Positions 1 through 14,096 of a stretch of 64,000 bases of DNA are shown here, in pieces. The notes beneath the pieces are model-generated. The model searched no databases. It was not told the origin of the DNA and was given only the letters and a program-made list of their open reading frames with translations. The position numbers were made by a program, and so were the translations under genes. Position 1 is the first letter of the stretch; every line of letters begins with the position of its first letter. The DNA lies in assembly GCA_964016885.1 (NCBI GenBank), contig OZ024748.1, positions 14,632,001-14,696,000 on the forward strand. Direction: 5' to 3'. Source of the stretch: Eledone cirrhosa. Lineage: Eukaryota.

Positions 1-110
1 GGAGCAATGTGAAATAAAGTGTCTTGCTCAAGGAAACAACACATCACCCGGTCTGAGAATTGAACTCACAACCTTTCGACTGCAAGGCCAATGCTCTAAC
101 CACTAAGCCT

Positions 111-112
<2 letters not shown>
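1..112 (-). mobile_element. tRNA-headed SINE with CORE-like domain (partial, cut by window edge)
   Basis: Reverse complement of the copy at 13953-14096 (tggcttagtggttagagc A-box, gagttcaattct B-box, ccttgagcaagacactt core). Confidence 0.75.
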
Positions 113-170
<58 letters not shown>

Positions 171-1234
171 ATGGAGGCAGTAAAAAGCAGTTAGACCAGT
201 TAGACCATTACTCATCAATCTTCTATTATAGCCATTTTGGTCACTTTTAAAACTGGGCTGCCCATCCCAACTCTGGTTTGACCACAGCCAAATTCTTCAC
301 AACGCCCCCAGCCCCACCCCCACCACCCCAAAAAGAAATAAAAACCATCAATTCTAGTACTAGACTGGTATTTTATATTATATTGACCTCCCAAAAGGAT
401 GTAAAGCAAATTTGACCCTGGTGGAATTTAAACTCAGAGTGCATCACTGTTGGAACAAATACCGCAAAGTATTTCATCTGAAAGTCTAAACAATTTGCCA
501 ATAATTCACTGCCTTTATATTTCCACAGACTTTTTTCAAAGCACCACAAAAGAATAATAAAAAAAACAGAACAAAAATTTGTTTGGAAAATATATTCTGA
601 TTTTCATTTTTCAAAAACCCTGTTCAATAAATTTGACCAGAGTTGTTCTCACATATTACTTTTGCTCCACTTAATAATAAATATTTCCCACCCTACACTA
701 TTACCATTATTATTATTATTACTATTATTATTACTATTATTATTACTATTATTATTACTATTATCATGCTAAATGAACACATCAAAATTTTTCTAATGTT
801 ACCATGACAGCATTTATTACAAAGAAAAACCTGCTTTATTCTTCTTATTATTTTTATTGTTGTTATATTTTAATTCCCCCCTCTCTCTTTATCTCTTCCT
901 CTCTCTCTCATGCACAGATTAATATTATATTTCATATATATATGAGTAGAATTGAATGAATGCATAAATATTATTGGCTATATTTTATTGTGAGACATAC
1001 CCTACGACTGACAACATATCAAAACTAGAGGCAGTTTATATGATGGAGACTTTATAATTAAATAAAAGGTTTTTACATCAATTACAGGCTGACTGGCTAG
1101 TACTAAATAGGTTTCTGGAATTGAACCTCCCACCTCTAGCTTTAGAATGTCCGTTTTGAAAAGAACTACAATGAACATTTTTGGAAAATTACTTTGAAGA
1201 ATAATAACACTCTGCAATAAAGTTGGAGACGCTC

Positions 1235-1642
1235 GTATATATATTTACATTCACACATACATATATATATATACACACACATACATATATATATATACAC
1301 ACACATACATATATATATATACACACACACATATATATATATATATATACACACACATACATATATATATATATACACACACATACATATATATATATAT
1401 ACACACACATACATATATATATATATATACACACACATATATATATATACACACACATATATATATACACACATACATATATATATATATACACACACAT
1501 ACATATATATATACACACACATACATATATATATACACACACATACATATATATATATATATACACACACATACATATATATATACACACACACACATAT
1601 ATATACACACACATACATATATATACACACACACATATATAT

Positions 1643-1695
<53 letters not shown>

Positions 1696-1948
1696 TATAT
1701 ACACACATACATATACACAAACATATATATAAGGATATATATATATATATATATATACAAACATATATGTATACACACATACATATTTACAAACATATAT
1801 GATGTATACACACATACATATATATAAACATATATATATATACACACATATCAATATACACATATATTCACACACACACATATATATATACATATACAAA
1901 CATATATATATAAACACATATGAATATACATATATATTCATACATATA
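1235..1948. repeat. Compound (TA)n/(CA)n microsatellite
   Basis: Directly visible. Confidence 0.98.
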
Positions 1949-2468
1949 GGTGATTTAATTTGCAGAGGAAGAGGGTGCATCAGGAGCAAAGTAACTAGTA
2001 TAAAGATTGGATGGGATATCTTTAGGGAACTACTATATCTGTTGACAACAAAAGTGTTTCTCCCTCTGAATGAAAGGCTGACTGTATGTTGATTGTGTGC
2101 TAAGTGCTATGTTTCATGGTTCTAAAAAATTGGCAGTGACTACAGAGGATATGGGCATCTTGGAGAGAAACAAAGCAAGTATGTTTAAATGGATGTGCAA
2201 TATTAACCCTTTAGCATTTAAACTGGTCATATCCAGCCAGAATTTCCTCACCTCTTTCATTTCAAACCAGCTGTAACCAGCCAGTCATATTAAGGTATTG
2301 TTCTCAAAATAAATATCAAAATCTCACAGATTCGATATTATGTGAGATAAAGCCTTTACCATGAACATATAATATATAAAGAGTAATGTAAATGGTAAAG
2401 GGTTAATAATGTAAGAGAATGACAGAGCTTGGATGAACTGGGAGAAAAACAGGGTATAAGAGAAATCG
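1946..2468 (+). mobile_element. Decayed RTE LINE fragment (post-RT region), interrupted by a TTAA MITE
   Basis: Translates [32 protein letters not shown], homologous to 44150-44470; resumes after 2406. Confidence 0.75.
2207..2402 (+). mobile_element. piggyBac-type MITE (TTAA|CCCTTT...AAAGGG|TTAA)
   Basis: TTAA at 2203-2206 and 2403-2406, terminal inverted repeats, inverted homolog at 32979-33186. Confidence 0.85.
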
Positions 2469-3407
2469 GAGGTCCAATAGTTGGCACCAGTAAAATAAAT
2501 TTTTTAAAACAAAATCCACTTTAATCAGGGGCAAATAAAAAAAAATAAAAATAAAAATAACCAACTTTTGCATGGTCAGCATGTAAAATTCTTTTGAACA
2601 TTCTAAGAATGAAGTTTACCTAAATCAGAAACCATGCTATACTGAGCTGTACTTCATCATTTTTAGTGAAGTAAATCAATCCCTTTGAAATATGGTTTGA
2701 GGTATGTGAAGTTAAGCTTACTGACAGAGCCACAGTATATTAAATATAATTACCATGCAACATATTTATTGCTAAGGGGTGGGGAAGAACTATTTGGTAA
2801 TGAGTTGTTAAAGGAAGCTCACTGTTCTAGATGTCACTTTACACCATTGCTTCCTGTCAACCATCATGTTCCTCACAAAGACTTCAGCAGTAAAAGATCT
2901 TTCCTATCGTTTATAATTGATAATTACTAGACTATAAATCTACAGGTAGCGATCTCACACACTCTCGTTATATCTCTCTCTTACTCTCTCACATTCGCTC
3001 TTTCTCATTCTCTCACTCTCACCTTAAGGAATATCTGTGCAACCAATATAACACTCTTTCACACACATCAATGAAGACCTGTGAGGCCAGCTACAGCCCT
3101 CTCTTGCCACCAGGTTGATGTTGGAAGTCCAATTCCTGTGATGCATGAGAACAGGTTAAATGTAAGAAATGACACATGGATTTAATAAGAATCAAATTAA
3201 GAGAGTATCCTTCTTCACAAAAGCCAACGGTGTATAATTGTTTCTACTTTTGGCACAAGGCCAGCAATTACCCAGTACATTACAGTGTATAATGAGCTTC
3301 ACATAGGTTTGATGTTTTCCTCTATCTATCTAAATTGTTAAACACTGATTTGTATCAACTTATATACTGGTTGGACCAAAATTCACTAGACCATGTTATA
3401 TAAATTG

Positions 3408-4313
3408 CTAGCAGTGGTACCCGGCGTTGCACGGGATAAGGTATTTTGGAAAGCGGGCTGCCAACAGACCTTATCCTGGAAAAACTGCATGCGTGGACAA
3501 TATATAAAGAAAATAAACTGAATACTCTGATGGCTGAATAATCTTTAAGATTTTCCTCGATGAAGCATGAAAAATGCAAGCTTTCACATAATACGGGCCC
3601 TAGGGGATCAAGAAAATGTTTTTTTTTTATGTGCATAATATGCCTTGAAATTTCGGGAAAATCAGCTAGACGTAACGCCTCATAAAAGCCCTAAAAAGCT
3701 GAAAAAATGAAGTTTTTCACCTAACGAGGACCCGAGGCCATAAAAAAGTTAGATTTTCTTTGCTCACGGTATGAAGAAGAGACTGACTAATACGTAGTTA
3801 CAATTTCAAGGAAATCAGTCTGACTTAACGACTCAAAAACCCCTAAAAACCTGAAAAAACGCAGTTTTTAAACTAATGCAGGCCCTAGAGGATCAAAAAG
3901 TTGAAACATAAGTAATACACATGTAAAGTTTGAAAAAAATCGGTTGTGTACTTCTCGAGTTTTAGGGATTCAAACTCACAGACACACATACAAACACAGA
4001 CAGACAGACATCCTCAGAGAAATGACGTAATGCAGACAGCCAGACATACAGGCAGATATTATAAGGATGTGACGCTATATGTATGCATCTATCTAAAAAG
4101 AGAAAGACTAAGAATTATAGAGAGAGATCGCTAAATCGCCTAATGCGGTCCCTAGGGCATTGAAAATTTGAAAGTTCTTTTGCTCAGAACAGTCCCTGAA
4201 ACACAAGCATTACATGTGTAAAGTTTGAAAACAATCGGTTGGGTGGTTCTCGAGTTTTAGGGATTCAAACTCACACACACACAAACAGACATCCTCAGTT
4301 TTATATATATAGA
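3408..4313 (-). mobile_element. Non-autonomous Helitron-like element with internal degenerate tandem subrepeats
   Basis: Minus strand starts A|TC(tatatatataaaac); (CAGA)/(CA) tract near that end; ends with GC hairpin cccgtgcaacgccggg 8 nt before CTAG; repeated ggccctag..gatcaa units. Confidence 0.75.
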
Positions 4314-4407
4314 TAATTTGAAATAATCTAGTGACCTCTGGGTCATGCTATATTTCGAGGATAACATTTGCAATGCTGAAATCGAGTTTTAGAGGCTAGA
4401 GTACTCT

Positions 4408-4655
4408 AGTCCTGGTTCAAATCTTGTTCTGGCTCAACTCTAGTTGTGGCTCAACTCTATTCCTGGTTCAATTCTATTCCTGGTTCAATTCTATTCCTGG
4501 TTCAACTCTACTCCTGGTTCAACTCTACTCCTGGTTCAACTCTATTCCTGGCTCAAATCTTATCCTTGCTCAACTTTTATCCTGGCTCAACTGTTATCCT
4601 GGCTCAATTCTAGTTCTGGCTCAACTCATGTTCTGGCTCAAGACTTGTCCTGGCT
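4408..4655. repeat. ~19-20 bp minisatellite (cctggYtcaactctatt), about 12 copies
   Basis: Directly visible; inverted related copies at about 5095-5178. Confidence 0.9.
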
Positions 4656-7039
4656 AAAGCTTCAGCCACAAACTGGGGTGAACTACTATGGTATCTTACA
4701 TTTTTTAGATTTGTCAGGCCCTGAATAAAATGTATTGATTTCTATGTTCTATCTATAGGGTTAGGTAGGATTGATAGAGCATCAGATGGAGTGTAATGTG
4801 ATATTTATTCGAGCCCTTTATGTTGAGTGTTCAAATCCTGTTGAGGTCAATCTTGCTTTTCATCCTTCTGCAGTCAAAAAAATAAAATACTGGAGTGGGT
4901 TGATTTAACTGACTTGCTCCCTGTCCCCAATTTGCTGGCTTTTTACCTATGCTAGAAACATTATTTGTTCTGGCTCTAGAACAGTGTATTAGCAGAGTTA
5001 CGAGTGTCAGAGTTAGTATCAATGTAGCACTTATTGACACAAGGCTGGCCAATCCACAGCAAGCTGACCCATGGTTAGTCAACTGAGAGACAGAGTTGAA
5101 TTAGGAGAAGAGTTGAGTCATGATTAGAGTTGATCATGGACTAGAGTTGAGCATGGAGCAAAGTTGAGCCAGAACTAGTTAACCTAAATATAATGTCCAC
5201 AGATGGCTTGAGTTTATCCAAGGCTAAATAGAAGACACTTGCACAATGTGCTACATAGCTGGATCGAACTGAAATTTCTCACAATTCAGAAATGAACTTT
5301 TAACTTCTATGCACATGTTACTTTTATTGCAACAATCATCATTTCTTCCTAACCAACCAGCAAACAGTCAGGTGCTACTGTTAGTTTGATTGATTGATTA
5401 ATTAATCAATAATTGCTTGTGTGTCTTCTCTAGTATGTCAGCCACTACTAAAAGTTAACAAGTACAACAGTTGTTTAACAATAACTTTATAAGGGAATTT
5501 ATACATAAAAAAATCACACACAAAAGTTATATTTTCTATTTTCTAAAATGACATTGTTGTTTATTAGTCAGTTGGTTTGATCCCTAGCTGTCTACAAGAT
5601 GTTAAAACTTGAACTTGCTTTAGGTTATATAAAATACAATTTCAATATGCTGATGTAGATAAATAGAAATACATTTCTGTTCAGATACAGGTGACTATGG
5701 TAGAGAATTAGTGCAAAACATTTAAAAACTCTGACCACATGTGTTGAAATAACAAATAGCATTTTATTTTTCATTTGCAATCATTAACATTTTGTTAAAT
5801 ATGGGGTTAAATAGGGGAAAGAGCATGGCCTAATGGTTAGGGTAGTTGAACTTATTATTATCAGATCATGGGCTCAAATCAGTGTGTTGTGTTCATAATG
5901 AAGGTGCTTTATTTCAGGCTATCATGATAGCACTGGAGTTCTTATCATTGAAATACATGAGAAACCTCCTACGAGATGCAACCTCATAAGAGACCACCTA
6001 AACCCACATGGATGTATATATTTCCTTTTTGCATTTTCTCAAATATTTCTTTAAATTTTATAATAAAATGAAAGTTGAGGTGTACAATGAATACAGCATT
6101 TCGTCCTTAAACCACTCTCAAAGCCTTTACAAACATGGTTTAATATTCAATGTGTTTTTGCCACTAATATCATGTACTAAACTTCACTCAATTATCAGTT
6201 AATTACTAGTTGTAAGTTTGAAGAAAGTTTAAACTAATTTTGAAGTTTGTGTGTATATATATATATATATGTGTGTGGTTGTGTGTGTGTAAAGAGTTAA
6301 TAATATCAAATGAAATATAAGAGGTTATATATTATTTCTACGTATGTGGTCAGTCTTTTGAATATATATTGCACAGTGTGTGTGTGTGAGAGGGAGAGAG
6401 AGTGTGTGTGAGTGAATGACTATTATGGAATCATCAAATTTATTATCACAAACTTATTAAAGCTAGCTACTTTGGTGCCAGTGACTTGTGGCTCTCCTAT
6501 TAACTTTAGTTATATCTACAATATTTGTTTACATCACAAGACCATGTAAACAAAATGATTTAAAACAAACAAAAGAAAAACGTTTATAAAAAAATAAGCC
6601 AAATTTGTCCAATCTCGATGTTATATGATTTCCAGGTTTTCCGGGAGGAAGTTTCCAAACTTTCCGCGGAATTTTATCCAATTAAACAGTAATTTAAATG
6701 TATTTACAACCAATTTAAATATCACTAATTACAAACAAGAGCCAGGAATTCTAAGATAATTATTAGAAAATCAAAATATTTATCATTTATGTCGGTTAAT
6801 AAATTATATTTGTAGTATATTTGTAGCGACAAAACTATTTCTATATTTGAACATGATTTTAAAATAAAACCAAAACATAACATAATACAACAACAGTAAG
6901 AACAACAACAAATGTTGTCAGTGTTAGTAAACATGCTATTTAAATTATTTAGTTTTAGAAAGTAGTTTGCTAGTAATGCTACATTCTATACTTAGCAATG
7001 GACTGTCCTGATATTTTATAATTGCTTGTATGGGCCAGT

Positions 7040-7350
7040 AATTCCTGATGGAGCTGTGTAGCACACTGTCATTACACATGTCTTGGATATTTAAACTTGA
7101 CAGAGCCCATCCCTCTCCAGGTCAGAATATAGCTGATTTCTTCCAGAAAAATAGGAGACAGAGAGAGCGAGAGAGATGAAAAAAGAGATGTAGAGGAATA
7201 ATCAATAATATATTGAACCGGTTGGTACCTTAATGAACTCAAGAGGACAAAAGTCAAAATTGACCTCAGTGACATTTGAACTTTGGTGCACAGAGAGCAA
7301 GAATAAATACTGCAAAGCAGTTAATCCAACATTTTAATGACTGCCATTTC
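7040..7350 (-). mobile_element. Composite SINE: tRNA/Meta-like head, (TC)n linker and distinct tail (ctggaagaaatcagct)
   Basis: Same module order at 19850-20165, 31490-31750 and 63530-63825; tail only at 39805-39930. Confidence 0.6.
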
Positions 7351-10300
7351 ACTACCATTATAACATAATGACAACATTATTAAAAAAAAGTCAAGATGAA
7401 CGCTTCTACTCCTCTATACACTGTATACACTGCCTTCATAAAGAATCAGATTATGTGAGGGATGACAAAAATATACATGGAGTACTAATGTCCTATAGAT
7501 CTCTTTCTCATTCACAAAGTTATCTAATGAGATATTAACAGGTGATGTTGTTTAACTGGGTGACAGATCATGTCTACTACCCAAGTTGGCCACAGTAGGA
7601 TTTGAACTGAGAATGCAGAGAAGCTAGAAAGGTGAAAAACAAAGTTGAGCTCAGCAAAATTTGAATTGAGAATGCAGAAAGATAAAAGACAGGGTTTGAA
7701 CAGAGAATACAGAAGAGTGTAAGGTAAGGTTGGGGTCAGCAGGGTTTGAACTGAGAATGCAGGTAGGTACAAATATCACAAAGCAACATATCTAATACTC
7801 TAACAATTATGCCAATTCTAGACTGGTTATTTATTTGTTGATATCCAGAAGGATTAAAGATGATGTTGACTCCAGCAAGATTTAATCTCAGAACACAAGG
7901 ACTCAAAATGAATACTCTCCTGTACATTTCTTCCAATGCTCTAATATTTCTGCTAATTTACAGCTAAAAACAATACAGGTTCCCAATCATTAGGTTCCAA
8001 GTTTCATCCTACTGTGTGACATCTTCAGCAAGTGCCATTTACCATAGACAAGGTTTGACCCATGGCTTGTTAGTGAAGCTGGGTAGATGGAAGCCGTTTG
8101 GAAGCCTGTCACATTGAACGTACCTCTAATTCAAAGCACAGACCATGTCACATATGTATCAGACGGAATCTCCCTGAGAAGTATGTTAAAAGTGTATATG
8201 TCTATGAAAACCTCAGTTACTTGTATGGTAATTTCACAAGCAGGCTCTTCCATTGATTGAACAACAGGAAAGGAAAAATTCATCATTAAAACTGATGAAA
8301 GCCCATTCCGTGCTGTGATGATGCTCTTTGTAAAGCATTTCTGACTGGTAATAAGATATATATTCTGAAGCTGATATTACTATATAATATTTTGCATAGA
8401 AAATCTAACATGATAGTATAATTACATCATCAATAACTAATAATTGCTAATTACATTCTCATTTCTGATCTAATATAAAAACACTGGTGTACACAACTCG
8501 AAATCATAAAGCTCAAGCTAGTTGCTGCAGTTATCTATGAAAGAATTATTTAATCAATAGGAAAATCGTATTTGTCTTTCATAGTTGCACATATCAATCA
8601 GTTGTTTCTGAAGACAATGCAACTGAGAGTAAAGCCTGTCTTCACCAGAACATTTCAAAAGCTGCTGCCCCTCCTCTCTCTCTTTCTTTCTCTCTGCCAT
8701 TCTCTCCCATCAAATTCCTTAACCCACATTTTAAGATATTACTTTCTCGCTACTTCCCTCCATGTTTCTATATATTTATCTGGCTCTCTCTCTCTCCCTC
8801 TCTTCACTGTTATATGGACACTTCTGCATGTCTCTCTCTCTCTCTCTTTACTAATATATGGACACTTCTGTATGTCTCTCTCTCACTCTCATCAATTTCC
8901 TTAGCACACATTTTAAAAAATCACTCTCTCACTACCTCTCTTTTTGTGTCTCTCTCTCTAATATAAGGACATTTCTGGAATCTTTCACTCTCTCTCCTTC
9001 CTCTCTCAAAGAAAACACATTGGTAATAATTGATGGAAGCAACTAGGCATGGTGGCAGAAACTAACCGAAAGTGTGTGTTTTAATTACAAGATAAATTTC
9101 TCTCTTTGTAGCTGGACAATTTTTAATTATCCATGTTAAGAAATTAACACTATTGTTATATTGACAGCAATTTCTCAATCAAATGTTCAAACGCCTACAT
9201 TGTGGTGGAGATGGGACTCAACATAAATCTTGAAAGATATTTAAGTACTTGGTTTTTATGGAAAAAATAGTAGAGGGAAGGAGAAGGAAAATATGATATT
9301 GTCTTAGAAGTTACAAAATATCTTCTAATCTGTGTCTTTTGCAATAATTTATTTCATTGTAGCAAATGAGCCTGGTTTAGTGGGTAAGGTGTTTGACTTG
9401 TGATCATAAGGGTATGTGATCAATCTCTCATGGCATGTTGTGTCATTTAACAAAACATTTTATTACATGATACTCCTGTCAACTCAGCTGGACAAAGTGA
9501 GTTGTGTTTGTAATTCAAAAAGCTAGCCTTATCACACAATGTGACATGCTAAATCTCCCTAAGAACTACATTAAAGGTGCCAATATCTGTGGAATACTCA
9601 GCCACTTAAATGTTAATTTCATGAGCAGGTTGTTCCATTCTTCAAACAATTGGCACACTCATTGTTGGAATCAATGGATGTCCAACACACATAAACACAA
9701 ACTTCCTTGCAAATTGGTGCAAGTATGGATGAGGGGTTAAGAAACTCCCTTCAAAATTGTATGGTCCACTGTGTGGGACCTTGGGCAAGTGTCTTTATCA
9801 TAGCCCCAGGTCAACTCAAGCCTTTAAGATATTATTCCCTCACTATTTCCCTATGTGTCTCTGTCTGTCTCTCTCTCTCTTCACTAACATATACATTGGG
9901 TAGATGGAAACTGTTTGCAAACTCATTGAGTAGATTGTACCTGAAATTTAAAGGTGAAGCCTTCACACATATGTCATTATGCTGCCCTTCTTAATGTCAA
10001 ACATATAATAAATTGCCAAATATGTAGAGAAGCCAATTAACACAGGTACATGTTTGAAAGACTTTTCTGGAAAGTAGTGATTTCTTTCAAAAGAACACCA
10101 TTCCTCACAAAAGCCAATTAGTATACTATACAATTTTACCACAGTTAATTAAGGTTCACACAAAATATAATTAGTAAAAATAAATAAAATTCAGGTGCTG
10201 TTAGAAGAAGATTGCCCATTTTACAATTTTATAAACTTTTTTGTTTTGTGGATGTAAAATTAACCCTAATTTCCTTCAGTGCAATCTTCCCTCCTCCGAA

Positions 10301-10517
10301 CTCATTGCTGTTCTCAAAGGATGCTGAAGAACAGTAATTAGCTTCGTGCATTTGTTGACTGTCATTCGAAAGTAGTAATGTGGAAATAGGAAGCTGTCAA
10401 ATGACAAGTTTAGTAAGTGAGAGAATAATAATAAGAGTATGTTGGAGTAAGAGGAGATGTAACAAAGAGTGGCAGGTATGATTGATAGAAAATAAAGCTG
10501 ATGAAGTGTATATCATA

Positions 10518-10700
10518 TAATTGTTTCTACTTTTGGCACAAGCCAGCAATTATCTCAGTGTATTACTGGTACTTTATTTTATCGACCCCGTAAGGATGAA
10601 GGGCAAAGTTAACTTCGGCAGGATTTGAACTCAGAATGGCAAGGGCCATAATTCTATGTGTCAAAGCATGGCGTCCGACCTTCTACCGATACTGCCAATC
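10518..10700 (-). mobile_element. tRNA-derived SINE with Meta/MESC-like domain
   Basis: A-box tggcagtatcgg, B-box gttcaaatcc, core gcccttcatccttacggggtcgataaaataaagtaccag; more than 15 copies or fragments in the window. Confidence 0.85.
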
Positions 10701-10854
10701 CAATGTGATTCAATTGGGACAACATGAGTTATCTTCAATATATATATATATATATTGAAGATAACAGAATACAGAAGACCCGCCTTACCTAAGTACAAAG
10801 TGAAACCTACTACAGTGAGTAGGCACCCCTAACAAAAATACACCCCCATCCCAC

Positions 10855-11178
10855 TAGCCCCACCCCATCCACACCACCCCTTTAAATCTAAAGTTATGTT
10901 GGTACCACAACATCCAGTCCGAAACAAATGAGGTCGTGTAGGTGTCACGACAAAAAAACACACAGTCCATGCTGTAATGTGGCCGTGTAGGTAACACGGT
11001 AAAAACCTCCCAGTTCCACACTGTAAATGTGGTTGGTGTTAGGAAGGGCATCCAGCCGTAGAAAACCCGCCAGACAGTCCTATCCGAGCAAGACAACCAC
11101 TCTTGCCTCAAGTGGGAAAACTCCCGTCCAAACCCATGCAGGCGTGGAAGATGGACGTTAAACGATGATGATGATGGT
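10855..11178 (+). mobile_element. Retroposon with RTE-type 3' end and (GAT)n tail
   Basis: aggaagggcatccagccgtagaaa...ggacgttaaacgatgatgat; near-identical inverted copies at 16043-16380 and 26995-27260. Confidence 0.85.
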
Positions 11179-11199
11179 GATATATGTGTGTGTGTGTGT

Positions 11200-11400
11200 T
11201 TGTAAAAGGTAAACAGAAATAAAAAAGCAAATGAGACAGTACGTATGAGAAATATATTAGTTTAATGCTTGAAATAGCAGGAAAAGAGTCTGAACATTTC
11301 AGGCACTTGTCTTTCATCAGAAGATAAGTTAGAAATAGGAGATAAATAGAAAGATAAAGATAGCGAAGAGGAAAGAACAGGAAAGAATTTGAGAAAGAAT
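11200..11400 (-). mobile_element. Penelope-like terminal repeat fragment with minimal hammerhead motif
   Basis: Minus strand tcttCTGATGAaagacaagtgcctGAAAtgtTCagac (11324-11288), followed by the family tail. Confidence 0.65.
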
Positions 11401-11570
11401 GGGAGAAAAGACACTTGCGTATCCAGTCAGCCATATATTAGTTATACATACATACACATCATCATCATCATTTTCGTTTAACGTCCATCTTGCACGCTAG
11501 CATACATACATATATATACATATATGTATATATACATACATACATATATATATATATATACATGCATATG

Positions 11571-11613
<43 letters not shown>

Positions 11614-11890
11614 GCATACATATATACATACATACATACATATATACATACATGTATATATATATATTTCGTTTCTGAATTATTGGCAACATGACCCTCC
11701 CAAAGTATAACAATATATATATATATACATACATACATATATACATACATGTATATATATATACATACATACATATATACATACATGTATATATATATAC
11801 ATACATATATACATACATGTATATGTATATACATACATACATACATATATACATACATGTATATATATATACATACATACATATATACAT

Positions 11891-12345
11891 GGTGGCTGCC
11901 AACTCGTTTTCGAGTACGGCCACTACTTTATATCCATGTAGGAGAACCCCTACCGATGCGCTGAACGAGTGTGACTTGTTAGTCCAGCCAGTGACTTGAA
12001 AACTCTGGTACAAACACTACACTTGTGACAATTATTGACACATAGTGCTGGGCCCATGGTACCATGTGATGACAAGTGCAGAGAGATCTCCAGATATAAA
12101 GCAATGCCTGTGCCGTGAAGCTTTTATAGTGAGCAAAGGCACTGCACAAAGCCAGTCCCACTCTCTTAACCAAGATGATATTTACCAAAAAGAAGAACAA
12201 GTCAACATCATTGGATACCATCAGGGTTGCAGGTGTTATATCAGAGTTTTCCTTCTCCTAGAATTCTGCCTTGACAAAGGCTAAGGGGTCATCTCTCCCG
12301 GTGACCCCGGATGGCCACTGACTCCTAAGAGCTCCTTTGCCCTTT
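11891..12345 (-). mobile_element. 609-bp microsatellite-embedded element, truncated copy 1
   Basis: Near-identical to 12882-13490 but lacks about 155 bp at the right (putative 5') end; flanked by TA/TACA arrays. Confidence 0.9.
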
Positions 12346-12559
12346 ATATATGTATATATACATACATACATATCTATATATACATACATACATACATATA
12401 TACATACATGTATATATATATACATACATACATACATATATACATACACGTATATATATATACATACATGTATATATATATACATACATATATACATACA
12501 TGTATATATATATACATACATACATACATGTATACATACATACATACATGCATACATAT

Positions 12560-12596
<37 letters not shown>

Positions 12597-12605
12597 CATA
12601 CATAT

Positions 12606-12645
<40 letters not shown>

Positions 12646-12881
12646 GCATACATATATACATACATGTATATATATATATACATACATACATACATATATA
12701 CATACATATATACATACATGTATATATATATACATACACATATATATATATATATACATACATATATATATATATATACATATATACGTACATGTATATA
12801 TATATACATACATATATATATATATACATATACATACATATATGTATATATATACATATATACATACATATATATATATAT

Positions 12882-13490
12882 GGTGGCTGCCAACTCGTTT
12901 TCGAGTACGGCCACTACTTTATATCCATGTAGGAGAACCCCTACTGATGCGCTGAACGAGTGTGACTTTTTAGTCCAGCCAGCGACTTGAAAGCTCTGGT
13001 ACAAACACTACACTTGTGACAATTATTGACACATAGTGCTGGGCCCATGGTACCATGTGACGACGAATGCAGAGAGATCTCCAGATATAAAGCAATGCCT
13101 GTGCCGTGAAGCTTTTATAGTGAGCAAAGGCACTGCACAAAGCCAATCCCACTCTCTTAACCAAGATGATATTTACCAAAAAGAAGAACAAGTCAACATC
13201 ATTGGATACCATCAGGGTTGCAGGTGTTATATCAGAGTTTTCCTTCTCCTAGAATTCTGCCTTGACAAAGGCTAAGGGGTCATCTCTCCCGGTGATTTTG
13301 GATGGCCATTGACTCTTAAGAGCTCCTTTGCCTTTTGACAGGTTTTGTTTTTAGTCCTGCAGGATGTCCAAAGTCACCCTCCTCACCAAGAAACCTTGGT
13401 GGGGTTGCCAGTTTAGTCGCCAACGACCCGACCATGAGACAGGTTGTACTGGAATACATGTTACCAGTAGCACCAACTGGTGACCTGACA
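12882..13490 (-). mobile_element. 609-bp microsatellite-embedded element, full copy 2
   Basis: Same ends as 56639-57247; contains the RTE-leader-like motif ctaggagaaggaaaactctga on the minus strand; orientation inferred. Confidence 0.9.
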
Positions 13491-13952
13491 TAATATATAC
13501 ATATATACATATATACATACATATACATATATATACATATATACATACATATATATATATATATACCTATATACATACATATATATATATATATACATAT
13601 ATACATATATGTATATATACATATATACATACATATATATATATATATACATATATACATACATATATATATATACATGCATACATATATACATACATGT
13701 ATATATATATATATACATACATACATATATACATACATACATACATACATATATACATACATGTATTTATATATACATACATGTATATATATATACATAT
13801 ATACATACATATATATATATACATGCATACATATATACATATATACATACATATATATATACATATATACATACATATATATATATACATATATACATAC
13901 ATATATATATATATACATGCATACATATATACGTACATGTATATATATATAT

Positions 13953-14096
13953 GGAGGCACATGGCTTAGTGGTTAGAGCATTGGTCTTGCAATCGAAAGG
14001 TTGTGAGTTCAATTCTCAGACCGGGTGATGTGTTGTTTCCTTGAGCAAGACACTTTATTTCACATTGCTCCAGTTTACTCAGCTGTAGAAATGAGA
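13953..14096 (+). mobile_element. tRNA-headed SINE with CORE-like domain
   Basis: A and B boxes plus gtttccttgagcaagacactttatttcac...ctcagctgtagaaatgag; other copies at 39523-39665, 23310-23378, 44970-45115(-) and 47300-47445(-). Confidence 0.85.

Noticed and set aside
4408-4655. CRISPR-like array (also 35445-36056, 54313-55362)
   Set aside because: No unique spacers, no cas genes, eukaryotic context
12045-12284. 79-80 aa ORFs conserved on both strands in four copies
   Set aside because: Conservation follows from recent copying of the element; GTG/TTG-type starts and no recognisable domain
13953-14025. tRNA gene
   Set aside because: Cloverleaf does not close, and the sequence continues into a SINE core in multiple copies
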